DNA of 55,483 nt from a virus (lineage: Duplodnaviria > Caudoviricetes): IMG/VR virus record IMGVR_UViG_3300015192_000002, positions 1 to 55,483 of that record. One strand, written 5' to 3'. The first letter of the stretch is position 1. The number at the start of each line of letters is the position of its first letter. The notes below the pieces were generated by a model. It worked only from the letters and a program-made list of their open reading frames with translations. It did not search any database and had not been told where the DNA came from. This document shows, piece after piece, positions 18,219-27,037 of the stretch. The position numbers and the translations under genes are program-made.

Positions 18219-20874
18219 CTACAAGCCGCCCATGCGCGGCAGCAGGCTGTTGGGCGGCGGTGACCGCGGGAATCTCGACGTCGTTCCGTACCAGGGGCCA
18301 CAACTCCCGACCGCCGCAAAGACACCCGTCACCACGTCGAATCAGGCGCACCCGCTCCCGATCCTGTGGGGCACCGGCAAGGTGTCGGCGTACTTGATCG
18401 AGGGTGGACCGCCGCGCAAAAGCTCCATCTCCTACTGGGTGGCGAGCACCTCGTATCCGGGCGGCTCGATCGTTGCTAGCGACGGTGGGGCGTGGCTCGC
18501 GCTCAAGGGAGGCACGTCGGGCGGCTCCGGCAACAATCCGCAAGGTCAGGGCGCGAACCCCTCGTTCTGGAACCCGAGCACCGCCTATGCGGCCGGGAAT
18601 GTTCGGCAGAACGCGCAATCCGCTGGCGTCACGGGGGCGGCTGCATTCGTGTACCAGTGCACCGTGGCGGGGGCGAGCGCGGGCAGCGGTGGACCCGGCG
18701 GGACTGGCTCCAACATCATCGATGGCGGAGCGCACTGGCAGTACCTTGGCGAGACATCGAACGCTCTACCCACAGGCGGAGAGGGAAGCTTCTCGATCAA
18801 CCAGACCCCGGACGGACTGGTCTGGAAGTACCTTCAACAACTCCCGTACGACAGCTGGCACATCGCGCTGTGCTGCGCGGTCTGCGAGGGTGAGGTGCAG
18901 GGCGCGCTGAAGCTCTATTGGGATCAGGAGCGGTATGTCACGCCCAGCACGACCGATCTCGGGAAGCTGCTCAAACTCTACCTCGGACCGGACGCCCTCG
19001 GACAAGCGCCCACCGGCAACTTCGACAGCTCCGGGTATCAGCACACCGTCCTGATCGCCCCGAACACCGCAGCGGGCCGGAACGTGCCGACCGGGACAAA
19101 GAGCGAAGTGCCGGCGCTCGCGCTCGAGCTTCAGGGGGTGATGTTTGGCTCGGCGGTGCCGGATGTGAGCCCGGCCGACATCGTCTACGACGTGCTGACG
19201 CACACGCGGCGCGGGGTGGGCTGGCCGTCGGGGCGCGTTGACGCGGTCACCATCACTGGCGCAGGAGCCTCCAGCTTCCGCACCTACTGCGACGCGGCCG
19301 GCTTCCGCTTCTCCATGCTGGTGGACTCGCAACGCAGCGCGCTCGACATACTGGCCGACATCCTGAACGCCACCAACTCCGATGCGATCTGGAGCGGCGG
19401 CGCACTGAAGATCATCCCGCTTGGCGACCAGAACATCGCGGCCCCGGTCTATGGAGCGGTTGCCTACGTCGCGCCGAACGCCGCGCAGTATAACCTGACG
19501 GCGACGGACTTGTTGGACCCCGTGCAGGTGCGGCGCCGCGAGGACGTGGACTGCTTCAACGACTATCCGGTCCAGTATTTCGATCGGTTCGAGGCGTACC
19601 AGCAGAACACAGTCGAGGACCCGGATCAGACGGACGTGGAGAAGCGCGGCGGGATGTGGCGCGGGCCGACGCTGGCACTGCCCTGCATCTTCCCTGACGG
19701 GAGTTACCCGATCGCGCTCTCGCGCATCCTCGCGCAGCGTTCGCTCGCCATCCGGAACACGTACACCTTCCGGCTTCCGTGGCGGTACCTGCTGCTGGAG
19801 CCGACCGACGTCGTCACGCTGACCGACACCGTGCTGGGCCTCAACCTGACCCCGGTGCGGATCGTCAGCATGACGGAGGGGTCGGACTTCACTTGGACGG
19901 TGGTCGCTGAGGACTACCCATCCGGTGTCGCCGCGTCGAAGGCCTACGCGCCGCAGCCGGGTGACGGCTACCAGCCGAACGCGGCGGGCACCTCTTCGGC
20001 GGGCATTCCGAGCGCCTTCGGGACTGGCGCGCTCACCGGCGGCGGCCTCGACAACATCTGGCCGAACCCGACGAGCGAGGTCAGCCCGTCGAGCAATGTG
20101 TCCGTGGCTGACGACGGGTCGAGCCCGGAGTGGGACTACCGCCTGAACGCCGGGGCCGGAGCCAAGGCCGGCGATTGGGTCAGGTCGCTCGCTTCAGGCG
20201 TCGGCCTCTTCTATGCCTTCCCGGTCGTTCCGGACGACATCATCCAGTTGTCCTGCTGGTCGAAGAACATCAGCGGCGCCAACGGAAACATCGCGCTGGT
20301 CTTCTACAACAGCTCCGGCGGCGTCGTGACTACCGTTCCGGCCCCGACCGCATGGCTGTCGGGTCCGTACACATGGGGAACCGCTGCGGGCGCTGGGGCG
20401 TGGGGCTGGAATATGGCGAACTGGCGCGTGCCGGCCGGTGCGGTGAGGTGCCGCGCCTATCTCAACCACAACGGCACCGTCGCGAGCGTCGGCGCCAACT
20501 ACTACGACTCCATCTTGCTGAAGAAGCTGCCGCCCGCAGGACCGGCCGGAGGTAGCTATGCGGAGTCCGACGGGCTGGTCACGCTGGATTGCACACTCGC
20601 GGATCACTTCTTTTCGCAGGCCGTTGCCGCGGGAGCCACGACGATCGCGGCACCGTCCAACGGCTACATCGGCCAGCGGATCGCGGTGAAGTTCAAGAAC
20701 GCGCGCGGAGGCGGCCTCGGCTGCAACTGGACATTCAACGCCGCCTACAAGATCGCGGGCGGCAACGTCTTCGTCGGCATCCCCGCCAACGCCTTCAGCC
20801 GGACGATCGACTTCGTCTACGACGGCACGAACTGGGTCGAAGTGTCGCGCACCCCGGCCGACGTTCCGAACTGA
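18211..20874 (+). CDS. Central tail tip/host-specificity protein
   Basis: PLPILWGT, CEGEV, D.SPADIVYD.LT, AIWSGGALKIIPLGD, LLEPTDVV.LTD; C-terminal accessory domains. Confidence 0.85.
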   Translation: MPSYKPPMRGSRLLGGGDRGNLDVVPYQGPQLPTAAKTPVTTSNQAHPLPILWGTGKVSAYLIEGGPPRKSSISYWVASTSYPGGSIVASDGGAWLALKGGTSGGSGNNPQGQGANPSFWNPSTAYAAGNVRQNAQSAGVTGAAAFVYQCTVAGASAGSGGPGGTGSNIIDGGAHWQYLGETSNALPTGGEGSFSINQTPDGLVWKYLQQLPYDSWHIALCCAVCEGEVQGALKLYWDQERYVTPSTTDLGKLLKLYLGPDALGQAPTGNFDSSGYQHTVLIAPNTAAGRNVPTGTKSEVPALALELQGVMFGSAVPDVSPADIVYDVLTHTRRGVGWPSGRVDAVTITGAGASSFRTYCDAAGFRFSMLVDSQRSALDILADILNATNSDAIWSGGALKIIPLGDQNIAAPVYGAVAYVAPNAAQYNLTATDLLDPVQVRRREDVDCFNDYPVQYFDRFEAYQQNTVEDPDQTDVEKRGGMWRGPTLALPCIFPDGSYPIALSRILAQRSLAIRNTYTFRLPWRYLLLEPTDVVTLTDTVLGLNLTPVRIVSMTEGSDFTWTVVAEDYPSGVAASKAYAPQPGDGYQPNAAGTSSAGIPSAFGTGALTGGGLDNIWPNPTSEVSPSSNVSVADDGSSPEWDYRLNAGAGAKAGDWVRSLASGVGLFYAFPVVPDDIIQLSCWSKNISGANGNIALVFYNSSGGVVTTVPAPTAWLSGPYTWGTAAGAGAWGWNMANWRVPAGAVRCRAYLNHNGTVASVGANYYDSILLKKLPPAGPAGGSYAESDGLVTLDCTLADHFFSQAVAAGATTIAAPSNGYIGQRIAVKFKNARGGGLGCNWTFNAAYKIAGGNVFVGIPANAFSRTIDFVYDGTNWVEVSRTPADVPN

Positions 20875-20877
20875 CCC

Positions 20878-21240
20878 GTGCTGCTCGCGCTGCTGCTTGC
20901 CGTGGGTATCCCGCCCGCGCTGGACGGTGCCTTGCTCGGAACGGGGCTGGTGCTGATTGCCGCGGACAGCTGGCAGTCGGCGCGCAACATCAGCCGGGGA
21001 ACGCTGGTGCGAGGGCGTCTGCACCACGAATGGGATGAGGCGAACCCGCTCGTAGCCGGCGCGTTTGGGCCGAACCCCTCGGCGCTGACGTTCGCCGCGA
21101 TCGGGGTCGCCGGAGGCGCTGGGCTGACGGCGGCGTGGCTGCTCCTGCCGCGGCGGTGGCGGTGGGTTGCGCCTGCGGTGGTCTGCGCGGTCGAGGGCTT
21201 CACGGTCGGACGGAATGCGGCGATCGGCATGAGGTTCTAG
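20878..21240 (+). CDS. Membrane protein with EANPL motif (DUF5658-like)
   Basis: Several hydrophobic segments; AD..., EANPLV. Confidence 0.65.
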   Translation: MLLALLLAVGIPPALDGALLGTGLVLIAADSWQSARNISRGTLVRGRLHHEWDEANPLVAGAFGPNPSALTFAAIGVAGGAGLTAAWLLLPRRWRWVAPAVVCAVEGFTVGRNAAIGMRF

Positions 21241-21254
21241 GCAGGAGGTCCGCC

Positions 21255-21626
21255 ATCTACCTCTACAAGCAAAAGACCGGCGAACTGTTCCGGTGCGACT
21301 CCCTCGTCGCGACCGGCTACTCCGGATTCGGCCCCGGCAAGAACGACCCCCGCGCGCAGCATCTCCCGAACGTTGGGCCGATCCCTCAAGGTGCCTATCT
21401 CATCGGAGAGCCGTCAGAGTCTCTCGACCACGGACCCGTTGCGCTGCACCTCCTGCCGCTGACCGGAACGCAGCTGTTCGGGAGGTCGGGCTTCCTCGTC
21501 CACGGCGACTCGATCGCCAACCCCGGCAGCGCATCGCACGGCTGCGTGATCATGCCCCGCGCTGTCCGCGAGGCAATGCGCGACGGCCCGGACAAGCTCC
21601 TGATCGTGATCAGCGGCAACGTCTGA
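21255..21626 (+). CDS. Endolysin candidate, DUF2778/Tlde1 L,D-peptidase fold; apparent ATC start
   Basis: Y.Q.TG, GYSG, GPIPQGAY, GRSGFLVHGD, SHGCV; AGGAGG 6 nt before ATC. Confidence 0.8.
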   Translation: MYLYKQKTGELFRCDSLVATGYSGFGPGKNDPRAQHLPNVGPIPQGAYLIGEPSESLDHGPVALHLLPLTGTQLFGRSGFLVHGDSIANPGSASHGCVIMPRAVREAMRDGPDKLLIVISGNV

Positions 21627-21651
21627 CCCCTCACCGGAACGGAGCCACCCC

Positions 21652-21927
21652 ATGACCTTCGCCGAACTGCGCGGATCTTTCTTCGACTGGTGCCTCGCGC
21701 ACCCGCTGGAGTCGATCGGCCTCGCCATCTTCATCCTGTCGAATCTCGCGACTGCGTTGACCAAGTACCCGCGCGCGAGCGGTTTCCTGACCGGCGTCCG
21801 CGCGCTGCTGGACCTCATCTCCTGCCTGCCGCACAAGGACTCGCCGGCGTACTTCACGCTGCCCCTCGTCCAGCGGAGTCCGCCGCCGCCTCCGGAGCTC
21901 GAGGCGGTGCAGGGCGGCAAGCCGTGA
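21652..21927 (+). CDS. Holin candidate
   Basis: GGAG RBS, hydrophobic segment, directly after the endolysin. Confidence 0.55.
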   Translation: MTFAELRGSFFDWCLAHPLESIGLAIFILSNLATALTKYPRASGFLTGVRALLDLISCLPHKDSPAYFTLPLVQRSPPPPPELEAVQGGKP

Positions 21928-22124
21928 AGCTCGCGGCGCTGGCGCTCCTTCTGGCCCTCTGTGCCTGCGCTCGCGCCATCCCTCGCCCCGTGCTGCAGGA
22001 CCCGGTGCGCTTCCTTTGGGAAGCCTGCCTGGAGTTCTGCGGGCCGGAAGAAGAAGCGCGCTCGGTTGACGTGCGTGACTACGACGCCACCTGTCACTGT
22101 CGGAAGAGGCCGGATCCCACATGA
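21924..22124 (+). CDS. Small lipoprotein (o-spanin candidate)
   Basis: VKLAALALLLALCAC lipobox, Cys-rich. Confidence 0.55.
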   Translation: MKLAALALLLALCACARAIPRPVLQDPVRFLWEACLEFCGPEEEARSVDVRDYDATCHCRKRPDPT

Positions 22125-22678
22125 CCGCCGCCTACGCCCTTCTTCGCGCGCACTGGCCGCTCGCGCTCGCGCTGCTGCTGGGCGTCGCCATCGGCTGGGC
22201 GCTGTGCCACTCCCGTCAGCCTGCGGTGCACGAGAAGGCGGACACGCATGCCAGCGAGTCTGAGCAGGGGCAGAAGGACACGCGAGAGGACGTGGGGGGT
22301 TGGACGAGGACGACGTACGACTTTGCGCCGGCCACGGGTGAGCCTGGGACCAGCCCCTGTCGGTTTACGAGCGGCGTGGCCCCGGCCGCTGCGCACACGG
22401 GGCAACCCCTCACCTCCGTCATCGTCGAGCGCCACGACCCAACCGTCATCACCTCGCACTCGACAGAGCAAGTGCAGGCTCAGCAGGACCAGCACCTCGA
22501 CCTGACCGTCGCCCCGGAAGCGCAACCCGGCTGGGCGCTGCAGGTTGGCATCGAGGGCATGCAGGCGCGCGCCGTGCGCCTCGCCGCGCGTCGCCGCATC
22601 GTCGGACCGATCTGGTTGGAGCTGTCGGCGGTGCCCGTGCAGCGGTCGCTGGGCGCAGCGGTGGCGGTCGAATGGTGA
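22121..22678 (+). CDS. N-anchored membrane protein (spanin-like position)
   Basis: N-terminal TM; C-terminal amphipathic beta strands ending in W. Confidence 0.55.
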   Translation: MTAAYALLRAHWPLALALLLGVAIGWALCHSRQPAVHEKADTHASESEQGQKDTREDVGGWTRTTYDFAPATGEPGTSPCRFTSGVAPAAAHTGQPLTSVIVERHDPTVITSHSTEQVQAQQDQHLDLTVAPEAQPGWALQVGIEGMQARAVRLAARRRIVGPIWLELSAVPVQRSLGAAVAVEW

Positions 22679-22692
22679 GTCCCGGAGGTTCC

Positions 22693-25026
22693 ATGCAACT
22701 GCGCATCCTCGCGGCGGTCCTGCTCGCCTCGGCTGCAGCATTCGGTCAGCAGACGGTGACCAGGCCGGGCACCTCTGCGCCCAACGCGCAGGGCGTGCAG
22801 GGCGTCACGGGCGGCGTGGCGCTGCACACCGTCTGCGATTCCGGATGCGGTGGTGCGGCGTCTTTCTCCGACAACGGCGTGTTCACTGCAGGCACCACCG
22901 CCGTCACCGTCGCGGGTGGCGTGTTCAACGACTCGATCACTGCGCTGACCAGCGGGAGCGCCGGTGCGCCGCGCATGACCAGCAAGCGGGCGCTGCACTT
23001 CAACTTGCGCGACAACGCCGGCAACGAGATCCCGTTTCCCGCCGCGCTCGACGCGGACCTCGGCTTCAAGGTCCACCTGCAGAACACGTCACTGGCCGTG
23101 ACCGGCACCTTCTGGGCCACCACCGCGGCTGCGCCGACGGCCGCACGCCTCTCGGACGGGACGAGCTTCTACGACGCAGCCAAGACCGGGCAGCTTCCGA
23201 GCGCCCTCGACGGCTCCGGCTTCCTCAAGGTCCACGAGCAAGGGACGGCCAGCGTCACCGGGACCGTCACGACCACGCCACCGGCGGACGCCACCACCAA
23301 CGTCACGAAGTTCGGCGGCAGCGCCGTGGCGACGGGCACGGGCACGGGCGGTGCTGGCGTCCCGCGCGTCACCGTTTCGAGCGACTCCACCGTCGGGCTG
23401 GTCGCGGGCACCGCCGTCATCGGGCACGTCATCACGGACAGCACCTCGACCACTGCCGTCACCCAGGCCAGCGCCGCCAACCTCAACGCGACGGTGACGC
23501 AGGGGACCTCGCCGTGGGTCGGCAACACGACGCAGATCGGGAGCACGGCGGTCAACGCCTTCCCGGCGGGGTTCGCCCGCGTCACCGACGAGCCGCACCA
23601 GGTCTTCTACGATCCCTTCGACGCGGCGCTCGACACGACCAATCGCTGGGCGGCAACGACCACGGCGGGCACGGGCACTCCGGTCGCGGCATCAATCTCG
23701 GCAGGCGTGCTCACGATGTCGTCCGGCACCGGCACCGGCTACACCTACCTCCAGTCGCAACCCTCGTTCACGCCCACCGTCCCCGCGTGGCTGGGCGTCA
23801 GCTTTCTGATCAAGCTGGAGACGCCGCTCCTCGCCACCGCCCACCGTTTCTGGGGTGCCGGGACCTCGCCCGCGACGCCCACGGCGGCGCTGCCGATCAC
23901 CGACGGCTACGGGTTCGAGGTGGATACCCTCGGCAAGCTCAACGCCGTGATCTACGCGAGCGGTACAAAGACCATCGTCGCGGACATCAGCGCCAAGGTC
24001 ACGGACGCGAACTACCACCGCTTCATCGTCTACTACCGCACCGACAAAATCTTCTTCTACATCGACGGGCTCGACTCGGCCTCGCTGGCGGCGACCTACT
24101 CCGCGACCACGGCAGCTGGGCCGAACGTGCAGACGCTGCCGGTGAAGATGGCGGCAGAGGGAAACTCCGGAACGACCGCGACCATCACCTGCGCGGGCCT
24201 CGCGGTCTGGGACACCGGCAAGAACAGCGTGACGCTGTCCGACGGATCGTTCGGCTGGCGAAAGGCGACCATCAAGCCGGGCAGCACCGCGGCCGTGGCG
24301 ACCGACTCGCCCGTGGTCGTGGCGCTGCACCCCTCATCGCCGCTGCCGGCCGGCAACTCAGTGATCGGCCACGTCGTCGCGGACACCGGGAGCACGACGG
24401 CGGTCACTGGAAACGTCACCGCTGTCCAGCCGGCGGGGACAAACCTCCACGCCGTGATCGACACCGGCAGCACGACGGCCGTGACGCAAGCGACCGGAAC
24501 CAACCTGCACAGCGTCACCGACAGCGGCTCCGTCACCAGCGCCACCATCACCACCGACTCCGTGGGGCTCGCCAAGGACGGCACGCTCTCGACGATGAGC
24601 GCGAAACTGCCGGCGGTCCTGGACGCCTCTGGCTACCTGCAGACGCACGAGCAGGGCACCGCAAAGGTCGCGCTCGCGGGCGTCCAGCCGGTGCGCCAAA
24701 CGGACGCGCAGGGTCGCCAGACGCCGATCGGAGACTCGGCCTTCCGCTCGATCCACGTCACCACCGACAACGCGGTGATGCCGGTTGTCCTCGGCACCGA
24801 CTCCATCGGCCTCGCGAAGGACGCGACGCTCGCATCGACCGTCGCCCGGCAAGGTGCCGCAGCTCCGCAGAGCGCGCAGCAGGTGGCCGGCATGTCTCCC
24901 ACCGGCAGCGCACAGCCCATCGCCGTCAGCCCGACCGGCGCGCTCTACGTCGTCATCGCCCCGCAGGGCATGAATCCGCTCCTTCCGCGCTGCAACCCCG
25001 TCCTCCGCGCCAACTGCAACCCCTAA
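22693..25026 (+). CDS. Signal-peptide fibre-like protein with a central LamG/ConA-like domain
   Basis: MQLRILAAVLLASAAAFG-Q; Thr/Ala/Gly-rich internal repeats; YHRF..YYRTDKIFFYIDG. Confidence 0.75.
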   Translation: MQLRILAAVLLASAAAFGQQTVTRPGTSAPNAQGVQGVTGGVALHTVCDSGCGGAASFSDNGVFTAGTTAVTVAGGVFNDSITALTSGSAGAPRMTSKRALHFNLRDNAGNEIPFPAALDADLGFKVHLQNTSLAVTGTFWATTAAAPTAARLSDGTSFYDAAKTGQLPSALDGSGFLKVHEQGTASVTGTVTTTPPADATTNVTKFGGSAVATGTGTGGAGVPRVTVSSDSTVGLVAGTAVIGHVITDSTSTTAVTQASAANLNATVTQGTSPWVGNTTQIGSTAVNAFPAGFARVTDEPHQVFYDPFDAALDTTNRWAATTTAGTGTPVAASISAGVLTMSSGTGTGYTYLQSQPSFTPTVPAWLGVSFLIKLETPLLATAHRFWGAGTSPATPTAALPITDGYGFEVDTLGKLNAVIYASGTKTIVADISAKVTDANYHRFIVYYRTDKIFFYIDGLDSASLAATYSATTAAGPNVQTLPVKMAAEGNSGTTATITCAGLAVWDTGKNSVTLSDGSFGWRKATIKPGSTAAVATDSPVVVALHPSSPLPAGNSVIGHVVADTGSTTAVTGNVTAVQPAGTNLHAVIDTGSTTAVTQATGTNLHSVTDSGSVTSATITTDSVGLAKDGTLSTMSAKLPAVLDASGYLQTHEQGTAKVALAGVQPVRQTDAQGRQTPIGDSAFRSIHVTTDNAVMPVVLGTDSIGLAKDATLASTVARQGAAAPQSAQQVAGMSPTGSAQPIAVSPTGALYVVIAPQGMNPLLPRCNPVLRANCNP

Positions 25027-25041
25027 CCCAAGGACACGCCC

Positions 25042-25521
25042 ATGAAGACCCTCGCTCGCCTCGTCACCTCCACCATCATCGGCCTCGCCATGGCGATGCT
25101 CGCCATCCCCTCGCTGCCGGCGCTGGCCGACACGCCCGGCACAGCGACCACGCAGACTGCCACCCGCTACGACGCCTGCACGCCCATCAACAAGGTGGGC
25201 GCGGCCAACGCGCAGATCACCCTCACGATCCCCGCAGTCGCCGGCCAGTACATCTACGTCGCCGGCATCGACCTGACCGCCGCGCAGAACGCGACGGCGA
25301 CGGTCGCCACGCTGTCGCAGTTCACCTCCACCAACCTCGGCGGCTGGATCTATCAGTTCAGCCTCGCGGCCACGGCGAACGCGCAGGTCAGCGAGCACTT
25401 CTACTTCACGACCCCGCTCAAGGCTCCCATCGCCGGCACCGCCGTCACCATCGTCAGCCCGGCGGCGGCGACCAACACCGCGTTCAACATCAACGCCTGC
25501 TACTACACCTCGAACCTCTAG
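25042..25521 (+). CDS. Signal-peptide beta-sandwich protein
   Basis: MKTLARLV...SLPALA-D; AAGGA RBS; beta-rich. Confidence 0.75.
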   Translation: MKTLARLVTSTIIGLAMAMLAIPSLPALADTPGTATTQTATRYDACTPINKVGAANAQITLTIPAVAGQYIYVAGIDLTAAQNATATVATLSQFTSTNLGGWIYQFSLAATANAQVSEHFYFTTPLKAPIAGTAVTIVSPAAATNTAFNINACYYTSNL

Positions 25522-25523
25522 GC

Positions 25524-25835
25524 GTGCTGATCTCCATCTTCATGGGCAGCCTGGCGGTGCTCTCACTGGCCGCCATGTGCCTGCCGCGGCTGCGTCGTCG
25601 CCGCCTCGCCGCGAGCTACGCCGAGCTGCTCGAGGAGTGCCTCGACCGCCAGCCGCACCACGAGCGAGATCACAGCGAGAAGCACGAGACGGCCACGCCG
25701 TTTACGCGGTCGCTGCGGGCGGCGGCCATCGCCAACCGCTTCAGCCGGAAGATCCACGAGGCCGGGCTGCCGATGCTCTCCCCTGAAGAGCGCATCAAGC
25801 GCGCAAAGGAGGCCATGTGCCGCTCTCGTACATGA
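25524..25835 (+). CDS. Hypothetical membrane-anchored protein
   Basis: GTG 3 nt after the previous stop; hydrophobic N-terminus followed by a basic stretch. Confidence 0.45.
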   Translation: MLISIFMGSLAVLSLAAMCLPRLRRRRLAASYAELLEECLDRQPHHERDHSEKHETATPFTRSLRAAAIANRFSRKIHEAGLPMLSPEERIKRAKEAMCRSRT

Positions 25836-26185
25836 GCGGCGACGTCACGGTATCCACCGGTCAGCCAGTCACCGGCTGGGTAGCTGTCGGTGCCGTCGCG
25901 ATCTCCGCCGCTCGCAACCACCTCGTGGCCCGGCTCGTCCTCTACAACAAGGACGCGGCGAGCTCGGCGCACATGATCATCGAGGCGGCCGAAGAAGTGA
26001 CCAACGGCGTCGCGGCGTTCTCCGAGATCATCGAGAAGAACGCGGACATCGCGGCCGATCCGCTCGGCCAGCGCGAGTACAGGCTCCAGAACTGCATCCA
26101 TCGCTACTTGCGCCTCTCGGCGTCCAGCGACTCGCCCGGCTTCAGTCCGATCACGGTGCAGGGCGGCATAGAAGTCATCCAGTAA
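25832..26185 (+). CDS. Jelly-roll-like hypothetical protein
   Basis: Beta-rich, RYLRL motif; an alternative start is possible at 25817. Confidence 0.65.
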   Translation: MSGDVTVSTGQPVTGWVAVGAVAISAARNHLVARLVLYNKDAASSAHMIIEAAEEVTNGVAAFSEIIEKNADIAADPLGQREYRLQNCIHRYLRLSASSDSPGFSPITVQGGIEVIQ

Positions 26186-26198
26186 GGAGATCCCCAAA

Positions 26199-26981
26199 AT
26201 GAAGAAGCTCATCCTCTCGGCCGCCGCGATGTGCCTGTGCGCCCTGCCGGCCGTCGCGCAGACCACCTACTCGACATACGACGTGTCGGGCGGCATCTCC
26301 GCATCCATCGTCACGGCCGGCGATGCCGTCCAACTCGCTATCCGCGGCGGCTCCTACGCCACTGCGCGGTGGGTCGTCAGCACTGCCGGAACCGCCACGA
26401 TCACGACCGAGTACAGCACCGACGGCGCCGTCAACTGGCTCGCCAGCGCCTACTCCAAGCGGCTCGACGCCGTGAGCGCCAACCCGTCTGTCGCGCCGTG
26501 GGCCAACAACAGCCCCGTGGCGGGCACCTTCGAGACGCCGCTCCCCGGCAACGCGACGCACTTTCGCATACGCTGCGGGACCGGCGGCACGGCGACTGTC
26601 GTCTCGCTCTCTGGCGGCGCCTTCTTCGTGCCCGGCGTTCCGGTCGCGGCCGTCCTTTGGGATGTCACCAGCGGCACCAACGCGGCCAACAACACCGGAA
26701 CGCTCGACGTCTCCGGCTGGGCGTCGGCGGAACACACCTTCACGATGAACGGCGGCGTTCCAGCGTTCGCCATCGCCGAGGTGGACGACGCAGGCGTCGC
26801 GCTCGCCAACCTCGTCACCGGGACCGCTGCGTTCTCAGGGAACATCGGCTCAGGCACCATCGGCGGGACGGCCGGCATCGTTGCGGCCACCTCGACCGTG
26901 CAGCTGCCGCGGCGCCTCCAATACACCTCGGCGGCCATCGCCGCGCAGACCTCCCGCGTTCGCATCGTGGCGAGGCGGTAG
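26199..26981 (+). CDS. Signal-peptide protein with two jelly-roll-like domains
   Basis: TAAGGAG RBS; MKKLILSAAAMCLCALPAVA-Q; EYSTDG.NW, LDVSGWASAE. Confidence 0.78.
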   Translation: MKKLILSAAAMCLCALPAVAQTTYSTYDVSGGISASIVTAGDAVQLAIRGGSYATARWVVSTAGTATITTEYSTDGAVNWLASAYSKRLDAVSANPSVAPWANNSPVAGTFETPLPGNATHFRIRCGTGGTATVVSLSGGAFFVPGVPVAAVLWDVTSGTNAANNTGTLDVSGWASAEHTFTMNGGVPAFAIAEVDDAGVALANLVTGTAAFSGNIGSGTIGGTAGIVAATSTVQLPRRLQYTSAAIAAQTSRVRIVARR

Positions 26982-27037
26982 CGGCAAGCAAAGGAGTGGC
27001 GGCGCTCTTTCCATCTCAAACGCTGGAGGCTTACCAA

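Noticed and set aside
22545-25835. 1096-aa ORF overlapping the fibre cluster
   Set aside because: Arg/His/Gly-rich shadow frame of GC-rich genes; only its last ~100 codons (25524 onward) look like a real gene
16650-26981. Diversity-generating retroelement or invertible tail-fibre cassette
   Set aside because: No reverse transcriptase, invertase or template/variable repeat pair seen
26231-27037. 681-aa version of the phosphoesterase ORF
   Set aside because: The upstream part is a shadow frame of the 26199 gene; an RBS-supported start lies at 27038
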